From assembly GCA_964035545.1 (NCBI GenBank), contig OZ037765.1:10488698-10552697 (forward strand): DNA of 64,000 nucleotides, read 5' to 3'. Source of the DNA: Bugula neritina. Taxonomy: Eukaryota > Animalia > Bryozoa. The first letter of the stretch is position 1; every line of letters starts with the position of its first letter. The notes beneath the pieces are model-generated. The model saw only the letters and a program-made list of their open reading frames with translations. It made no database searches and was not told the origin of the DNA. Below, in pieces: positions 25,901-40,900 of this stretch. Made by a program: the position numbers and the translations under genes.

Positions 25901-28900
25901 GCTACCAGTGAGGTTTGAACCTCTACCTGACACTGCTAAGTAAGAAAGTACTGTAAATTTAAACCTCACTAAGCACTTGCTATTTTCTTCAGCATAATGC
26001 CATATACTCAGGAATTACCTACAGAATAAGTGATTTTTTCGTTTTTATCAAGGGTTCTCACAAGGATAGCGGCCATAAACTTGTGTGAGTTTTTAGTTTT
26101 TATCGACACCTGTTGTATTAGGCTGCTATGTTTTCAACATGCTAGCTTTGTAACATTTAGATCGTAGCCGAGGTCTCTATATCGACACACTGAATAACAA
26201 GACTTATAAAATACAAGACGCAATACAAAAGGGTCTAGTCGTTGCTGAGGAGGTGAACCCATCGCAGAAGGAAGATGTCAGTAGTGAAATTGTAACCAAT
26301 CAGCAAACAACTTTCACAGTCACAGGAGTTATCCATCCTCAAACAAAGGAGAGGCTTTCCGTATCTAAGGTACTGGATTCGCTACTGATTTGAATAAACA
26401 AATGTTCATGGTATGGTTACCATGGTGATTGCATACTGAAATTTGCCATAATTTACCTTTTTCAATCTAAATCAGGGATTCTAAAGTTTAGTTCTTGTTT
26501 AAAATGAGATACTTGTAAACTAAACTCACACATAGTTTATGCATATATATGCAAAGAAAGTATGTTGGAACTTTAGGCCACAGAATTGGGAATTCTGGAT
26601 ACTAGTGGTGGGCAATATATAAACCCTGTGTCAGGTGAAATCATGTCCCTGAATGAGGCTATAGAGAAGGAGCTGGTGCTGGTAGAGAAGGGGATAGTGA
26701 AAAGAGAAGATAGAGACAGAAAGGTTTCAAGTCTCCACATAGACGAAGAGGAAGAGGAGGTTGGTTTGGTCACATTTTATTACTTTCTGAAGCTACCAGA
26801 CTTTTCTAGCTACTAAAAGGTAGAGAGAAACTTATTTTTCAATTGTGATAGTTGATTCCACATCTTACAGAACCTTAGTTTGAGTATGTAAGTACTACAC
26901 GAGTATGCATTAGTTATGTGATGGAAATAGCCTGTGATCTTATTTGTCCCGTCAGAGAGTTCAACTGGGGGGAGGGGGGACTGTAAGACCTGCTTGCTAT
27001 TTGATTTGCACTTTGTAGTAGGATATTATTCTGCATTTGCTTTGGCATTTCCATGTATATATTACTTATGAACATGTAATTCAATTAGTAAAGATCTTCT
27101 TTACCTAAATTGTAAACACTCATTTATTTACACATCACATATTGGCTATGAGTTGCAGCATGAAGTAAAGCAAAATCTTTTATTGAAATACTGCTGAATG
27201 ATTTGTATATTTACTGTTACGTTTTTGAAAAACTACCTTAATACTTGTTCTCCATTTACTGTGGCATTATCAGTATTACTTGCTGCTCACTATTAAGCAT
27301 TGAATAATGGAAAAATATTTTGAGCTCCTGTTTCAGTGGACTCTCTAGTTACACCAAAGTGTTACACTATAGTGGTTATGCTATGTGGGTATTAGTTACC
27401 ATTAGTCATGCTACGTATATATAGATTTATATATGTCAAGAAATTATATCCGCATACAATCCATGCAATTTACTCCAGGATATACGCTGTAGGTGTGCAC
27501 TTCTGTTCTTGTATAATATAAATTAAACACAGTTTGTAAGAGTGCTAACAGTCTACAAAAATCAATAGTGTCATCTCTTTAATATTTCATTTCATCCCTT
27601 TTAGCAATATAATTGCATTCGCAGTATGTTAGAATGATAACGAATGACAGCGGAAGTTAACTCCAATTACCATGGTAGAACACATTTTGGCCAGCAAAAT
27701 CATTGTTGTGATTTAAAACAATTTTATTGAAAATATGCCTGTTCATGATCCTGTCATGGCAATAACTAGGCTATGCATCTTTACTGCCTTTACTCACTTA
27801 CTATAGTCAGTAAATAAGGCTACTAACTAAAGTATAATTATCTTATAGATGAATGTTCCACTTCATTGTTTAACTAATTAATTGCAGTAAAATATACAGT
27901 CATGCTTCACAAGATATATGAGTTTATTTTTGTAAACTGCTTCACTCTTCATGCACCTTATGGAAGAATCTCTATAATTAATTGTGTTGATTTTAAGTTA
28001 ACATGGAGGCCAATTAATTACAGGTAATTAGCAACTACCTGTACTTATGATAGCCTGCTTGTGTGTATAGCTTGTTTACTCAGTTGGGGAGTTTATCAAT
28101 GTGACCCGTAAATTAGTACAACTACAGAACCTAGTCTTAGTATCCACTCAAAACTGCTTCACTGATGAGCAGTCTGCCAATTAGCAGCTCTGATTTCAGA
28201 GAATCACCAGTAATGTTGAACAAGTTAGCCAATATCAAAGTATTTCCAGATTCTTGGCTAAAATTTATTGATGAATCAACTCAGTTGGTCAATTATGCCG
28301 AGTAATCCTTCTATTTCCATAAGAAAATAACTTTATATTTAGTAGACTTACATAACTTTACATTTGATTGGTTATTAAACATAGAATATAATGTCAATTG
28401 CTTGGTCTATTTTTAATTAGAAAAACTTCAGTTTGATAATTAATTAACATCTTGTATAGTGATTTAAAAATATATTCAGGTCTGGACAGTCGTGGAAGAA
28501 GTAAAAACAGAAACCAAGAAATGGGTCATTACTTCAGTTGTTGATCCCAGAACCAAAGAGAAGATTTCATTTGATGATGCTTTGATAGAAAGAGTTCTGG
28601 ATCAAGAAAACGGGAAATATTGCAACCCTGAGACTGGAGAGCAGATGACTATAGGCCAGGCTATAGAAAAGGGACTTATTCAGGTACGCCTACTCAGCCT
28701 TCTACTCTTGAACTTCTAATCACCTGTGATTTTTTCTTTATTACAAGTTGTAAATCAAATGTATTTTGTCTGTTATTGTTCTTATTTGATTTATACAATC
28801 AGTAATTGTCCGTATGTTATTTTAATATTTCTAGTAATTCCATTAATAAGTATTTATGTAAGTGTATCGATGCAAATGTATGTTCTTAATATAATAATGT

Positions 28901-31900
28901 GCTCTTACAGAATCTGCATAATGTATGTTTCTTAGGGCATTGTGGACAGCATCAAATATTCACTGGTATGATACATATTGATGGCAGCTTAAAGCTTTCT
29001 AGAATATGATTGTTTTTCAACACTGATTCTCCAATATAGTAAAATATATTTTGATCAAAGTTATATTTTAGTTCAGGCTGTGTGCAAGCAAGTAAGAGAT
29101 ATAGTAAAGTAATTAAGCAATTCTGATTTACTATTTTACAACTGCTCATAAAGAAGTTCTGCTGTCATAAACCATAGCTTGCTAGAGCTAGAACCTTCTT
29201 GAATAAATAGAAAAAAATTTGCGAAAACATAGTTTTGCATTCTTTCAAATTTACCAAAAATATAGATCAGATGAATGCACAAATAATCCCTTCTACTGTT
29301 TCCTATGTGAAAAATCAATGACACAGCCATGGTACTAGTCACCACAATCAAACTATAGATTGAAGTGTTTGCAAGACCTATTTATAAGTTTGAAACTGCA
29401 GCTTCAATGTTGTTTCGATGTTGTTGTGTGTTAATCAATTTTATTAGATTACACACCTAATTACACTTTTTTTAGTTATAATTTAGAGAATCACATCTTA
29501 TACTGACATTGATACACTCATTAAATGAACATTTTGACACAAGTTCACTCTCCTCTTCCGGCTTTCATACTACAGCCTATCTCTCTCTTGTTTGTGAGCT
29601 ACACAGCCAACCAATATGAAGCCAGTAAATAAAATGTCAGCAAAGAATTTATACTGAAAAGTATCTATCTAAGTGTGCTAGTAAACATATGAATGCATAG
29701 AATTAAATTAAATAAAAGCTTCACATCTTTTCATAGATGCAAATGACCAAATTTGGGTCAGTGTAACCACTTGACCATCACTTCAATGTGCATAAATCTT
29801 CAATCAGTGTGCTTTGGCCTGCAAGGACAATTATTGTTGTTACAAAATTCACAAGAAAGTAGGAGTTGACTGTAGTGAAAGCATTGAAGTTAGAATAGAT
29901 GTAAGGAATTCGCTTCATGCTCACTATTCATGATTTCTGCATGTTCTCTCCTCTGTTCAGCAATAGTAATGTTCATGCTTGACATGCTGAAACACTAGCA
30001 GCTGCAGTTGCATTTCGGCTTCAACAATTTTATTTATTTTAGTTTCAAATAATTAAGAAGAATTACTTAATAGAGCTTCAAAAGTCATTGAGCAGCATTG
30101 CTAGCAGCATGTTTTGCTTCCAAAATAACTTACAAGGCCGTATTCTATGGCCTCCCTATATTAGTGGCAATACCAATATTCTCCTCTAATGAACTATAAA
30201 GGAAACCGTAAGAAAACATAATAGTAATAATTACACTATTGTTTTATTCAGGGAGAGCTTGTTTCTGTAAACATGGATGCCGGAGAATATTCTTCTTTTC
30301 AAGCCACTGCTGATAATATCGAGCACGTGCGTGACCCTAGGACCCACAAAGTCATCACATATGATGCTGCCTGTAAACTCGGCCTTATCGATAAAGAAAG
30401 CAGGACATTTCACAACCCTATAACTAACCAAAACCTAAGCATTCAGGAAGCTACTCAGAGAGGATTCATTAAGAAGAAGGTTAATCTATTTACCTTCATA
30501 AGTTTAGCATTGCAGGAGTGAGAGCTTTGAGCTGTGTAATTTTGCTTTCATTGATTGTTTATCACTATGTTGGTATAATTAAATTTGTGCTGCTGCAAAA
30601 TATTATGTTGATTAGCAGAAAATACCTAATGCCTAATTATACTAGTGATTAATGGAAATGAGAAATATTTATTTACTTATTCAAAGTTGTCTTTTCTGTC
30701 ATATATTGAAAAATTACTCCAATGAACAAAATAATGATTTTTTCTCATTATGACAGCTAATTTGTAAAAAGCAGCTGCGGTTTAGTGGTTAGAACACCAG
30801 CTTAGTAAATACAAGGTTGGTGGTTCGAATCCCAGCAAAAACCATCGGTGATGTTAAGAAGAGCATTAAGTCATAATTGTCCCTTTCTGACAATAGCAAA
30901 GGTCCTTAGCCTAGTTTAAAAAATCTTCTTTCATCAGGGGTTCTCACAGGGATAGCGACTATAAGCTCATGTGAGGTTTTATCACAGTGAAGTAATGCGA
31001 TAATTTATTACAACAGTTTTGGTAAATGAATATTATATTTTATAGATGTCATCAAGGTCTCCATCAAAGAGTGTGGAACCAGAGCCACATCTCAAGGCAG
31101 CAAGTGCTGTCGATGCTCATAGAAATAAGTTTAATTCAAACCGAAGTATGTTTGAAGATCACGACTTCAGAGATGACTTGTTTGGTGAGAGTTTCAAAGT
31201 AGAGGAAACCACAACGCTAGATACAGAGTACATTCATGGGGATAAGCCTATCAGGCCTGTTATTCAGTCCAGTTCACTTCAACGACCTCTTGTGACTGAG
31301 TAAGTATAGCAGTGTGTCTCTTCAGTAACTAATCAAGCTGCTTAAAAATAGTGACACAGTTTAATGATAATGAAAAATCGGCAGCATTTAGGAATCCTGA
31401 TTTGTTATAAAATTCAACTTCTGAATATAGTAAAAAAATTTTGGTCTTAGGTACCATTTATCAACAAATTACACATGATAATGTAATTGTTGTTATATTA
31501 TTCCTGATTATTATTATTATTGAAATAATCTATAACTATAGAGTTTAGAGTTATCTTATCAGCTCTATGAGCGGACAACTTTGAATAGGTAAATAATGGC
31601 TGGTATATATACTGTATGCTAAGTTTTTACAAGACAAAGATGAAAAGGCTGATATGATTAGCTGCAGACTTTAACAGCTCGTAATATCTTGGCTGCTTTA
31701 CAGCAATTTGCTCTAATTAGTGAAGCAAGGAGTTTGTGTTTCCTCACAATGCACAATCATATCTAGTTATCTAGATGCAAGTTTGATTATCTGATGGAGG
31801 GGAACCTCAGCACCCTGACTAAGTGAGATGATAGTACTCAGGCTATTACAGCTGATGCACTAGCTGCAACTTGTCTATAATAATACTGTCTTATCACTTT

Positions 31901-34900
31901 GCTAGTTCATGTAGTGTTGGAATTAGTTATTAGAGCATTTTAGTATTTCTAATTTTAGTGAATCGTCATTTGACGATATGGACAGGCCCCAGCGCCGTCC
32001 AGGAATAGAGTAAGTTGCCTGAGTGTCTGTATTGTGGCTAGCAGCAGTTAGTTTAAGACTAACTATTTAGTTCTCTCTAACTATCTAGCTTAGACTTGCC
32101 ATAAGCTTTCACAGCTGCTAGTAGTTTTAAATTGCAGTATTTTTAATTTTGATTCATTTTATTGTAATCATGCTTTGCACATTAATGAATGACTATCATG
32201 CTATTAGTAGCATAGCAGTCTTGCATTTTATAAAGTATTATTTTAATTGTCAAACTTTTTGTCGTTTGTAATGCTTATTTTCTTCCTCGCAATGTTTTTT
32301 ATTTAATTTTATTCATGAACTGAATAACATTTTGTTACTTAGCCTGTTCACAATGTACATAGCTAGCTGATACTAGAGATATCTTTTACTGTGCTAGATG
32401 AGTCATTGTGTTTACATGGTTGTCTCATCTTGTAATTCACATTAGACACTGTAAACGAACTTTCTTAAAAAGCTGTGTTTTCAACTCATTGTAGCTTAAT
32501 ATTTACCTGGAAACAGCAACAAACAGAAAATGCATGCTGCATGTATCTACTGTGTTGGTTTGTTTAAGCCCGAAGCTGCTGAACAGAGTAGATGCTGTAC
32601 TAGATAGAGCTAAGCTATACACGGATGAGTCAGTCATATCCAGCACAGAGAATCATATGTCTGGATACACTACTGACTGGCACAATGAACGAGTTTACAA
32701 TCTAAGAACTGGCGAAGAATTGACCTTGGACCAGGCTGTACAGAAAGGCTTGCTTGATGCTAAACAGGTAGGGGCTAGTTGTATTTAACTTTTGGTTGAA
32801 TCAGCAGCCTCATTGTAAAAATGTGAGGTGCCACATTAATTTGAGTTAGATAAGGTGTCAGCTGTTTATATGGTATGTCTGTTCGTATCAATAACCTTTA
32901 CCATAGCAATTATGTAATGCAGTTATTACGTACACTGTGCTATATTTTTGCTCTGCATAGTAGTGGGTTACATTTTGTTTCCAAAATCTCCCTGCCTTAA
33001 CTTTTGGTTTCAGATCAAAGATCTTTTGATTCCATAAACATAAATTGGGTTAGCAGATATAAATATTGTGATTAGCTATGAACAAGTATTAGCTGAGTAG
33101 TGCTAGACACTGCTAATATATACCATACAGTAGAAGCAAATTCACAGTGGTGAAAGTTTCATCAGTAATTAATATAATTTGTTCTATTATTATGCAAATC
33201 TTTCACAACTGCTAAACTACGCTTAACACAGTATTTAGCGTGCCTATATAAAATTAAACTATTAGATAACATTTACTGTATATTTATAAGTCTGTTATAT
33301 ACACTCTGCTGTCAGACCAATCTACGTAGTCAGAAGATTGTAAGCTAGTATCTTATTAGACTCAGTGACTATTCAATTAGGTTATGCAATCACAATCAGG
33401 TTTTTTTAAACCTGTCTGCTTATAAGCACTACATATTTTATAAAAGTCAGCAATGATTGTTGAGTTGTAATCGGTTTAGAGTTAGCCCTAGAAATTTAAT
33501 TCTTTCTAGGTAAAGTTGATGAGAGGGTATAAGAACAGCCACAACCCGAGTAAACTCTTTACGGAAACATCTCAGACTTCAACTTCTACAAATGTTACAA
33601 AGTCTCATTCATCCACACCGTATGGCAGAGAGAATCACATCAAACCCGCTGGATCCTCGAATCTTTTCGCCTCAAATTCTCAGCTGGTGAGAGGCAAAAG
33701 CCGTTCTCCCTCAATTCCTAATGACACAACGTCAATGGTTGTTCAGGTATCACAGGTGAGACTGGTTATGTTATTACATGCAATAAACCAAATAAATCTA
33801 GAAAACTTCTGTTATTACTTCTCTGAAATTCATGATTGTTATAACTTCATTTTTTAACAGACACTCATGTGTAATTATATGAGATTCTGGCATATATGTT
33901 GTTAGATATTAGTTGTTAGTTTAAGGCCATTTATCATAGATACTCTTTTGTACTGCTAGTTTGTCAGAAATCTCATGCCTATATTTAATTGTGCAACTGG
34001 TTACATCAGTTTTATTTCAATACAAGCACATACTGTTACTCTGCAAGGATTACAAAACGTTAGTTATGAAATTAAATAAAAGATGGCTGACTGTTGATCT
34101 TATTAATTTTTTTAAATCTCTTATGCTTAAAGGGAGTAGCATAGAGTCAGGGCTGTATTCATATTATTACAGACTGAGCAAAGTCTCTCTCGTATTGGAC
34201 CTCTGACATATAATGCGGCTGTTAGACTTGGGCTATTCAACATAAAGACAGGCAAATACAGAGACCCAACATCTGGTTTAGTTCTGGGAATACAAGATGC
34301 AGTGTCAAAGGGTTTCATACAAGCCAATGGAGATGCTCTCACTAATCTTAACACAGGTAGGATATCTTACATAGGTATTGCTAGCTCATTTGTAATGTAA
34401 TTTTATTGTTTTAATGAAACTCTACAAAAATACTGAAGTTCTGATTCATCAGAATTTAAATTTCTTAAACTTTATGAGAGAAAAATTGAAAAGAAATATG
34501 CTAGAGAAATAATTCATTGCCTTTATTTATTTACTGCTTGCAGGTAAAATTGAGTTTCCTTAAAGGTAATAAAGTGTTTTTGTAATAAATTGCCTTGAGC
34601 TTTCACAACATTATTCCATGTGCAACAAATTTAGAGAAACCTATTTTTAGAAGTATAATTTCTAGATACCTGTATTTTTTAAAACTGTTAGTCTATGAAG
34701 TTAGATGGAAAGATTAACATAAAAAAACTAGAAAAAGTTATTAGTAAGGTAGTGCACATAAGTTTTTGCTTTAAAATTTATACCATTTGGGCTGTCATGC
34801 TCATAGTGTAATCACTGAAGCTAAGGGCAAGAATTTTGTTAATTGTTAGATTAGGTTATTACAGTTATAACAAAATGTGTTATCAATTTTAATACAAGAG

Positions 34901-37900
34901 CAACACATAAAGTAGTTACTGCTAAAAGTAGTAAAATAATATTACAAGCACTAGTGTGTGTGCTCCGCTTGCTGCAGTAGACCCATAACAATAACAGGAC
35001 ATAGTACAATATAGTACATAATACAATATTATCTGTTATAATTGTTTGATTATTGGTAATGCTATTAGCCCCAATATCTATTTGATATCTTGGGCATATT
35101 GTTTGTGTTACTTGCAAAATCTTTTGGGGTTTATTACTCTTGCATATAGAGCAAGAGCCTGCTGTGCTGTAACGCAGAACATAGACAAAAATGCTATGCA
35201 TAAGTACATGCACCTGCATTAGTGTTGAATGATAACCAATGTTATATGACTGAGTTAGTGTAATAAATTTATTGCTATTGCAAAGCTGCAGTGCATACTG
35301 CTTAATTTTGATGGTTAGTTAAATCAATGTGTAAATGTTTTTCAAGAAAATATAAATAACATGCATTATATGATGTATCCGTGTGTACAGAGTATTACTG
35401 TTGTGTGCTTTTAATTTTTTTTCTTTTTTGTTGTAAAATAAAGGCCACAAAGAAATGTTGTCATTTTATTTATTTCATTGTAAAAACTTTACAATGGCCA
35501 TTTTTAAGACCTTAGTACTTATTGCCAACATAACTTTAGGCAAAACAAATCTATCTCCATCAGAAAGCAACCTTAACTGGTTCCTAAAGGGTTACAATCA
35601 TGAATAAACATGAATATCTACAATTATGCATTATTATTTTATTTTTATTGTTATTAAATTACAGGAACTCCAATTACATTAGCTGATTGCATTCAGAGAA
35701 ACCTAATTGACTCAGAAACTGGTAAAATATTTGAAAGCAAATTGAAGCAGCTAAACATAGCAGTGCCTAATCAGTTTATGTCGTCTAGAAGCACCAGATA
35801 TGCACCCATAAATTTTGAGGATGCTTTAAAGGTAAGACTGAAAATGGGGTAAAATGTATGTTTGTTTATTGATGTATTACACCTAGCAAGGTTTTAAAAT
35901 GATAGCTTAATAAATGCTGCCAGTTTTTTAACATTAGGCTATATTTTTGCCACGCATTTGACCTTGAAGATAAATTACATGCTATTACTATGGTATCATA
36001 TCTATTTCATCATATAAAAATTATATGAATAGTATTGAATATTTTTCACATTATATCATGTATAGTTAAGACATTATATTATATATACTGTGCAATAAAC
36101 ACATAAAATAATACATAATCGAAGTGTCTTCTGCGAGCTGTTAGCACTAGTTGACCCAGTCTCCTATATTCTTAGCCATAGATATGTATTATTTCCATAG
36201 GTGGGGCTGTTGAACCCGTACACAGCAGAGTTCCAGCACCCTCAATCAGATGAGGTTAGCACACTCGGGGATGCAGTAGTCCAGCAGTATATATCTGGTA
36301 AATCAGTTGTGGTCCAGGACCCCGCCACCGGCAAGAGGTACTACCTGGACGAAGCTTTGAAGAGGGGACTCATCAGTCCTGATAATGGTATGCAATGTAA
36401 CTCAATGATGCATAGACTTGATTTCAGTCTTTTTAAAAACGTAGTAATGTAAAGTATCGCAGTGACTAAATCATCAAATGTGTAATTAGAATAGTACCTT
36501 GCTGTTGGCTTTTCATGTGTTACTTCCTGTATTGTAAGAGGCTTGAAAGTCAAAATGAAGATATCATAACTTTTTCTGTTGTGTACACATTACTATTTTT
36601 AATTTCGAAAGACTATCCAACTGTAAATATGATATAAATACTCGTAAAACTGACTAAAAATGTTAATTTAACTGTTTTGCTACTAACTTATAGGTGACAT
36701 ATTTGACACAAGAAAGGGAGAAAAAGTTATGACTCTGTACGAGGCTTTAAAAACAAAGCTGTTTGAGAGCGTGTATGACCCCTTTGACAGTACGCTACTA
36801 GATCCCAATAATGGTCACAGAGTGGACGTAAATCAGGCGGTTAAGAGATCAATGCTTGGCCATAACACCTGCATTATCTATGATACAGAGAGAGGCAGAC
36901 AGGTACAAAGAGCTCTTTTCATGTTCTCCAACTTTAAGTTGTCTTTCTCATTACTAAAGGTTTTGGTGTTGTTTCATTACTTTACATTTTAGTTTGTAAA
37001 TCAGGTATGTTGTGTTGTATTCAATCAGGTGTCATTTGACGAAGCTATAGATGATGACATCATAGACAGACATATGGCAATGTATGTTGATAAAAAAGGT
37101 GGGCGAAGACTAATGTGTAAAACTGCAGCTGAGATGGGGCTGATAGAACCAATTGGAGCTCCTGTGTTAGGCAAGCTAAGAGTGTTGGAGTCAATTCATA
37201 AACTTTATGCTGCTCCAGGGGACAGGTTGGTGGAAAATCTTCAGCCTAACATAATCAATATTCAACTTCAGCTTCAAACTTTTAGTGAAACACCAAACAT
37301 TTTGGGCCTTAGAGCTTTGAATTTGTCAATTTCAGCTTTTCATACTGCTATAGTTAAATATTAACGTACGTTGTTAAACCTTGAGGGTTTCTATGGTGGT
37401 ATGCAAGTTTCCATATCTTTTTTCATCTTTCACCGCCATGCCCTGATCGGGTAGTATGCAAGTTCCCATATATCTTTCCGTTTTTTATAATCATGTTACA
37501 GTATATCTGCCCCCTCCTACACAATGTATGAGGACGTAAAGTCAACAGCCGTAAGCACTGTGTCTAAACCAGATGTGAGGACTGAAGTAGATATGCAAGA
37601 GTATAAAACTGAAAGAACCATCAAACTCAGTGGCAAATCTGAAGATAAGCTGGAGACTGAAATAGGCCCGGGTGATAAAGTACTCATACCAAAGCCCTTC
37701 AAGCCAGGCAGAGCAGCTCCTAAACCTCAACTGCCAGTTCCACAGAAACCAGTAAGGAGTAAACATCTAGCAAAGTCTCAGCATGGTAAACCAGTAGCAG
37801 AAGACCAGATAACACCGTAAGTTTACGACAATAGGCTATTATTGAATAACTAATAACACTATTGGTGAAAATATATCTAAGCCTTGTTATTGGGTATTCT

Positions 37901-40900
37901 TCTCTCTAGATTCTAATGAATCTTATTAATACTGTTAGTTCAAAACTGGTTGCGTAATTTCAGAGTTTTTGCCGAGTTATATTATGATGATGAAGGAAGG
38001 TAAGTTTAAAATGAAGTTGCCCTCTCGTTGAGTCGTTGCTATATCTTGATTGTGGTGTCGGGATATGCTGGGGTATTCTGGGATATGCTGGGGTGTGCTT
38101 CAATGTCTCGGTCTACATGGTTTTGTAGCTGGAAAGCTTTTTTGTGGCTTTCAATGTTCTAAAGCTGGTAGGAAAATGTCCATTTAAATTACACTTCATG
38201 TAGGTTATTTTATATGAAAGTGGAAAATGAATCACAAGTTTATATCCATCAACTCATTCACTCTTGTGGCTTACCATTATTAAACTTTTAACTGACTTCC
38301 TTAGGTAAGATATATTGGCTGGGACACTTTACATTTTATAGTTGCATAAAAGTTTGTAAATTTACTTACCATTAAGTTTAACATAACTGAGATGCCATCA
38401 AATTCTGATGGTCTGTTACCTGCTGTATATGTATATACTGTGAAACAAGGCACTAGTTGATGTTGCTAATAATTATGACCTGCAGCTGCTCTAATAAAGA
38501 TAATCATGACCTCTATTCATTTGTCTACTGCTAAAAAATCCATTGTGCTCCTCCTGCCATCACCATTGCCGCTACTACCCGTATGTTGTATATAGTGATG
38601 TATTAGCTATGTAGTGCTGTTATACTCTATATAGTTTTGTTATACTCTATAATATGGGGATGTAATAGGCTATATAGTGCTGTTATATGCTAGATAGTGT
38701 AATTCGAACTTACTGTCAGGCTAAAATCAAGTGGTAAGATGTGGTCTAAAATCATAATGAAGAAAGCTTTGTCTAATTCCTGTCTTCCAAGGTTGAAGAT
38801 TTCATTTTCTGAGTCACATGAGAATTATTTTGAAAAGTTACTGCAGAGATTGGAAACTAAAAGGATTTTAATATAAATTATATGCTTGTTTGGTTTAACA
38901 TGATTTAGTCTGCTTTTGTGACATAAAGAAAGAAGCAAATAAAAATTTGGAAAACAAAACATTGTTTTATATTTTGTTGTATAGTACCAAAAAAGCTATG
39001 AAAATTATTTTGTAACTCTGAGTTGATGGGGCCTTTAAACATCAACAGGTAGATTGCCTACGAAAATTAAAAAAAACATCTGGTACAGCATAATCGGAAT
39101 GTTTTTATGTATCCAAATTTTCAATACACACCTTTGGTTAGCTGCTTCAAACAGACAATTATTAGCTGGTAATTATTATATGCTAAGCAAAATTAGTAGT
39201 CTGCAACTATATTAGTAGCAGACTACTAATTTTTAACTTGAATGTTTTCATGAGAAAAGTTGAGAGTATAAGTTCATTGATCACCAGCATCTCTTTCATG
39301 ACTGTTTAGTTTATGCTTGTCAGGTTATTTTATTCTATCATATTATATACCTCAAGCATTGTACTAAGATTTTCTTTTACTTTTATATCAAGTATAGCTG
39401 TTTGAAGCTTGTGAACTTAAAACTGAATAGTATGCCAGTGAAACCTCTGTTAATGTATAATTACAACACCACCGTATGTTACACACAGGCTAGCTAAGAA
39501 ACCTGCTGAACGTCCCAAGTCTCCAGAGGACTTACTGCCCCGCCAGAGCGCACCTAGTTTTGGTCCACCTGTTCTTGGCTCTCCTGGTGAGCCTAAAATA
39601 ATATCGGTGACTGAAGAGGTTTATGAGACAGTGGAGACGACTCCTAACACTAAAGCTAACAGAAAACCGGTGGATGATATCAGTGCTCCGGAATATTTCA
39701 TTAAAGGTTTGTAACCTAATGGTGTACTAATGCAATAAAACATTTTATTATAGTTTAAAACTGTGCTTTTAATACAAAATGTTGTAAAATATCGAAAATG
39801 ACTGTGGAAATAACAGTGTAGAATTTTCATACTATTGATACATATAACTGTATATAACTGTATAACTGTATAGCCAATAACCTTTTTGTAGTCTAGTGCA
39901 AGTTTATTTAAAATTTCAAAAAAGTACCTATCAACACACTCAACTGTGTTTTTACTGTACTTCGATGTTGAATATGTTGAAAAATCTGATTTCTGTGATA
40001 TATTCAGGAGAAGCTGTTGAAGTGCAGATTGAAGATGATGAGATAGACAGCTATCATGTAGAGCTCAAAACAGAACGACCTCCAGAAATAGACTGGGATC
40101 TTAGCTTACAGCAGAAACCTGGCAAAGAGCAAACAGTGACCAAGGTTGTTGAAGAAGTAAGCAGTTGTATGACTTTTATTTTAAACACATAATTGTATTC
40201 CGTTATTTCTTTCAGCAGGTCAGTTGTAAAACTGTTTGCAAACAACTAAGCGACTAAGATCACGTGTCTGTATCTTTTCAAAAGTAGGCCATAAGGATTT
40301 TTGGAGACGCTGGTACTCTTACAAATCAGTTAGCAAGAAGTTAAAAGCAAATTTAGCAATGTTATTGTCTCATAGCCTGAGCTTTAGTATAAGCTTACCT
40401 AATCATCGTATCAAATTCTAGATCGCAAGATCGGAACTTATTTTTTCTTACTCTTGATTTGCACAATACTTTCTGCTTGTTGCTAGGTAGTTGAAGAGGT
40501 ACTGGATAATGCTGCCAATCAGCAACAGGTTTCCAATCAGCCTCTGCAGATAACAGTTGAATCTACAGAAAAGGAGACTCCTCTTCAGCAGCCTGTTGAA
40601 GAGCCTGTGGATCCCAACTTCAATAAACCAGTGGAACGAGGCACTGAACCTTCTCCTCCGCAGAGAATTCGAGATAAGGAGATTATTATCATAGAGCACG
40701 AGGGAGCCACTGTTACTAAGAATATTAACATCAACATTGAGTCTGCTTTAGAAGAAGGTAACAATATTTATATTCAATAAAGTTAGTGGGAATTGAATTG
40801 GAACAAATTGGACAGGTTGGTAAAATAATGAACTCGGTTTTGTAGAAAGAAATGCAGCTGTTGTGAATAGCATACAAAATGGTGTGATTCACCTCAGCCC

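Noticed and set aside
30770-30845. tRNA gene
   Set aside because: A and B boxes are present, but there is no convincing acceptor stem and the sequence runs into a core shared with other dispersed copies, so it is a SINE.
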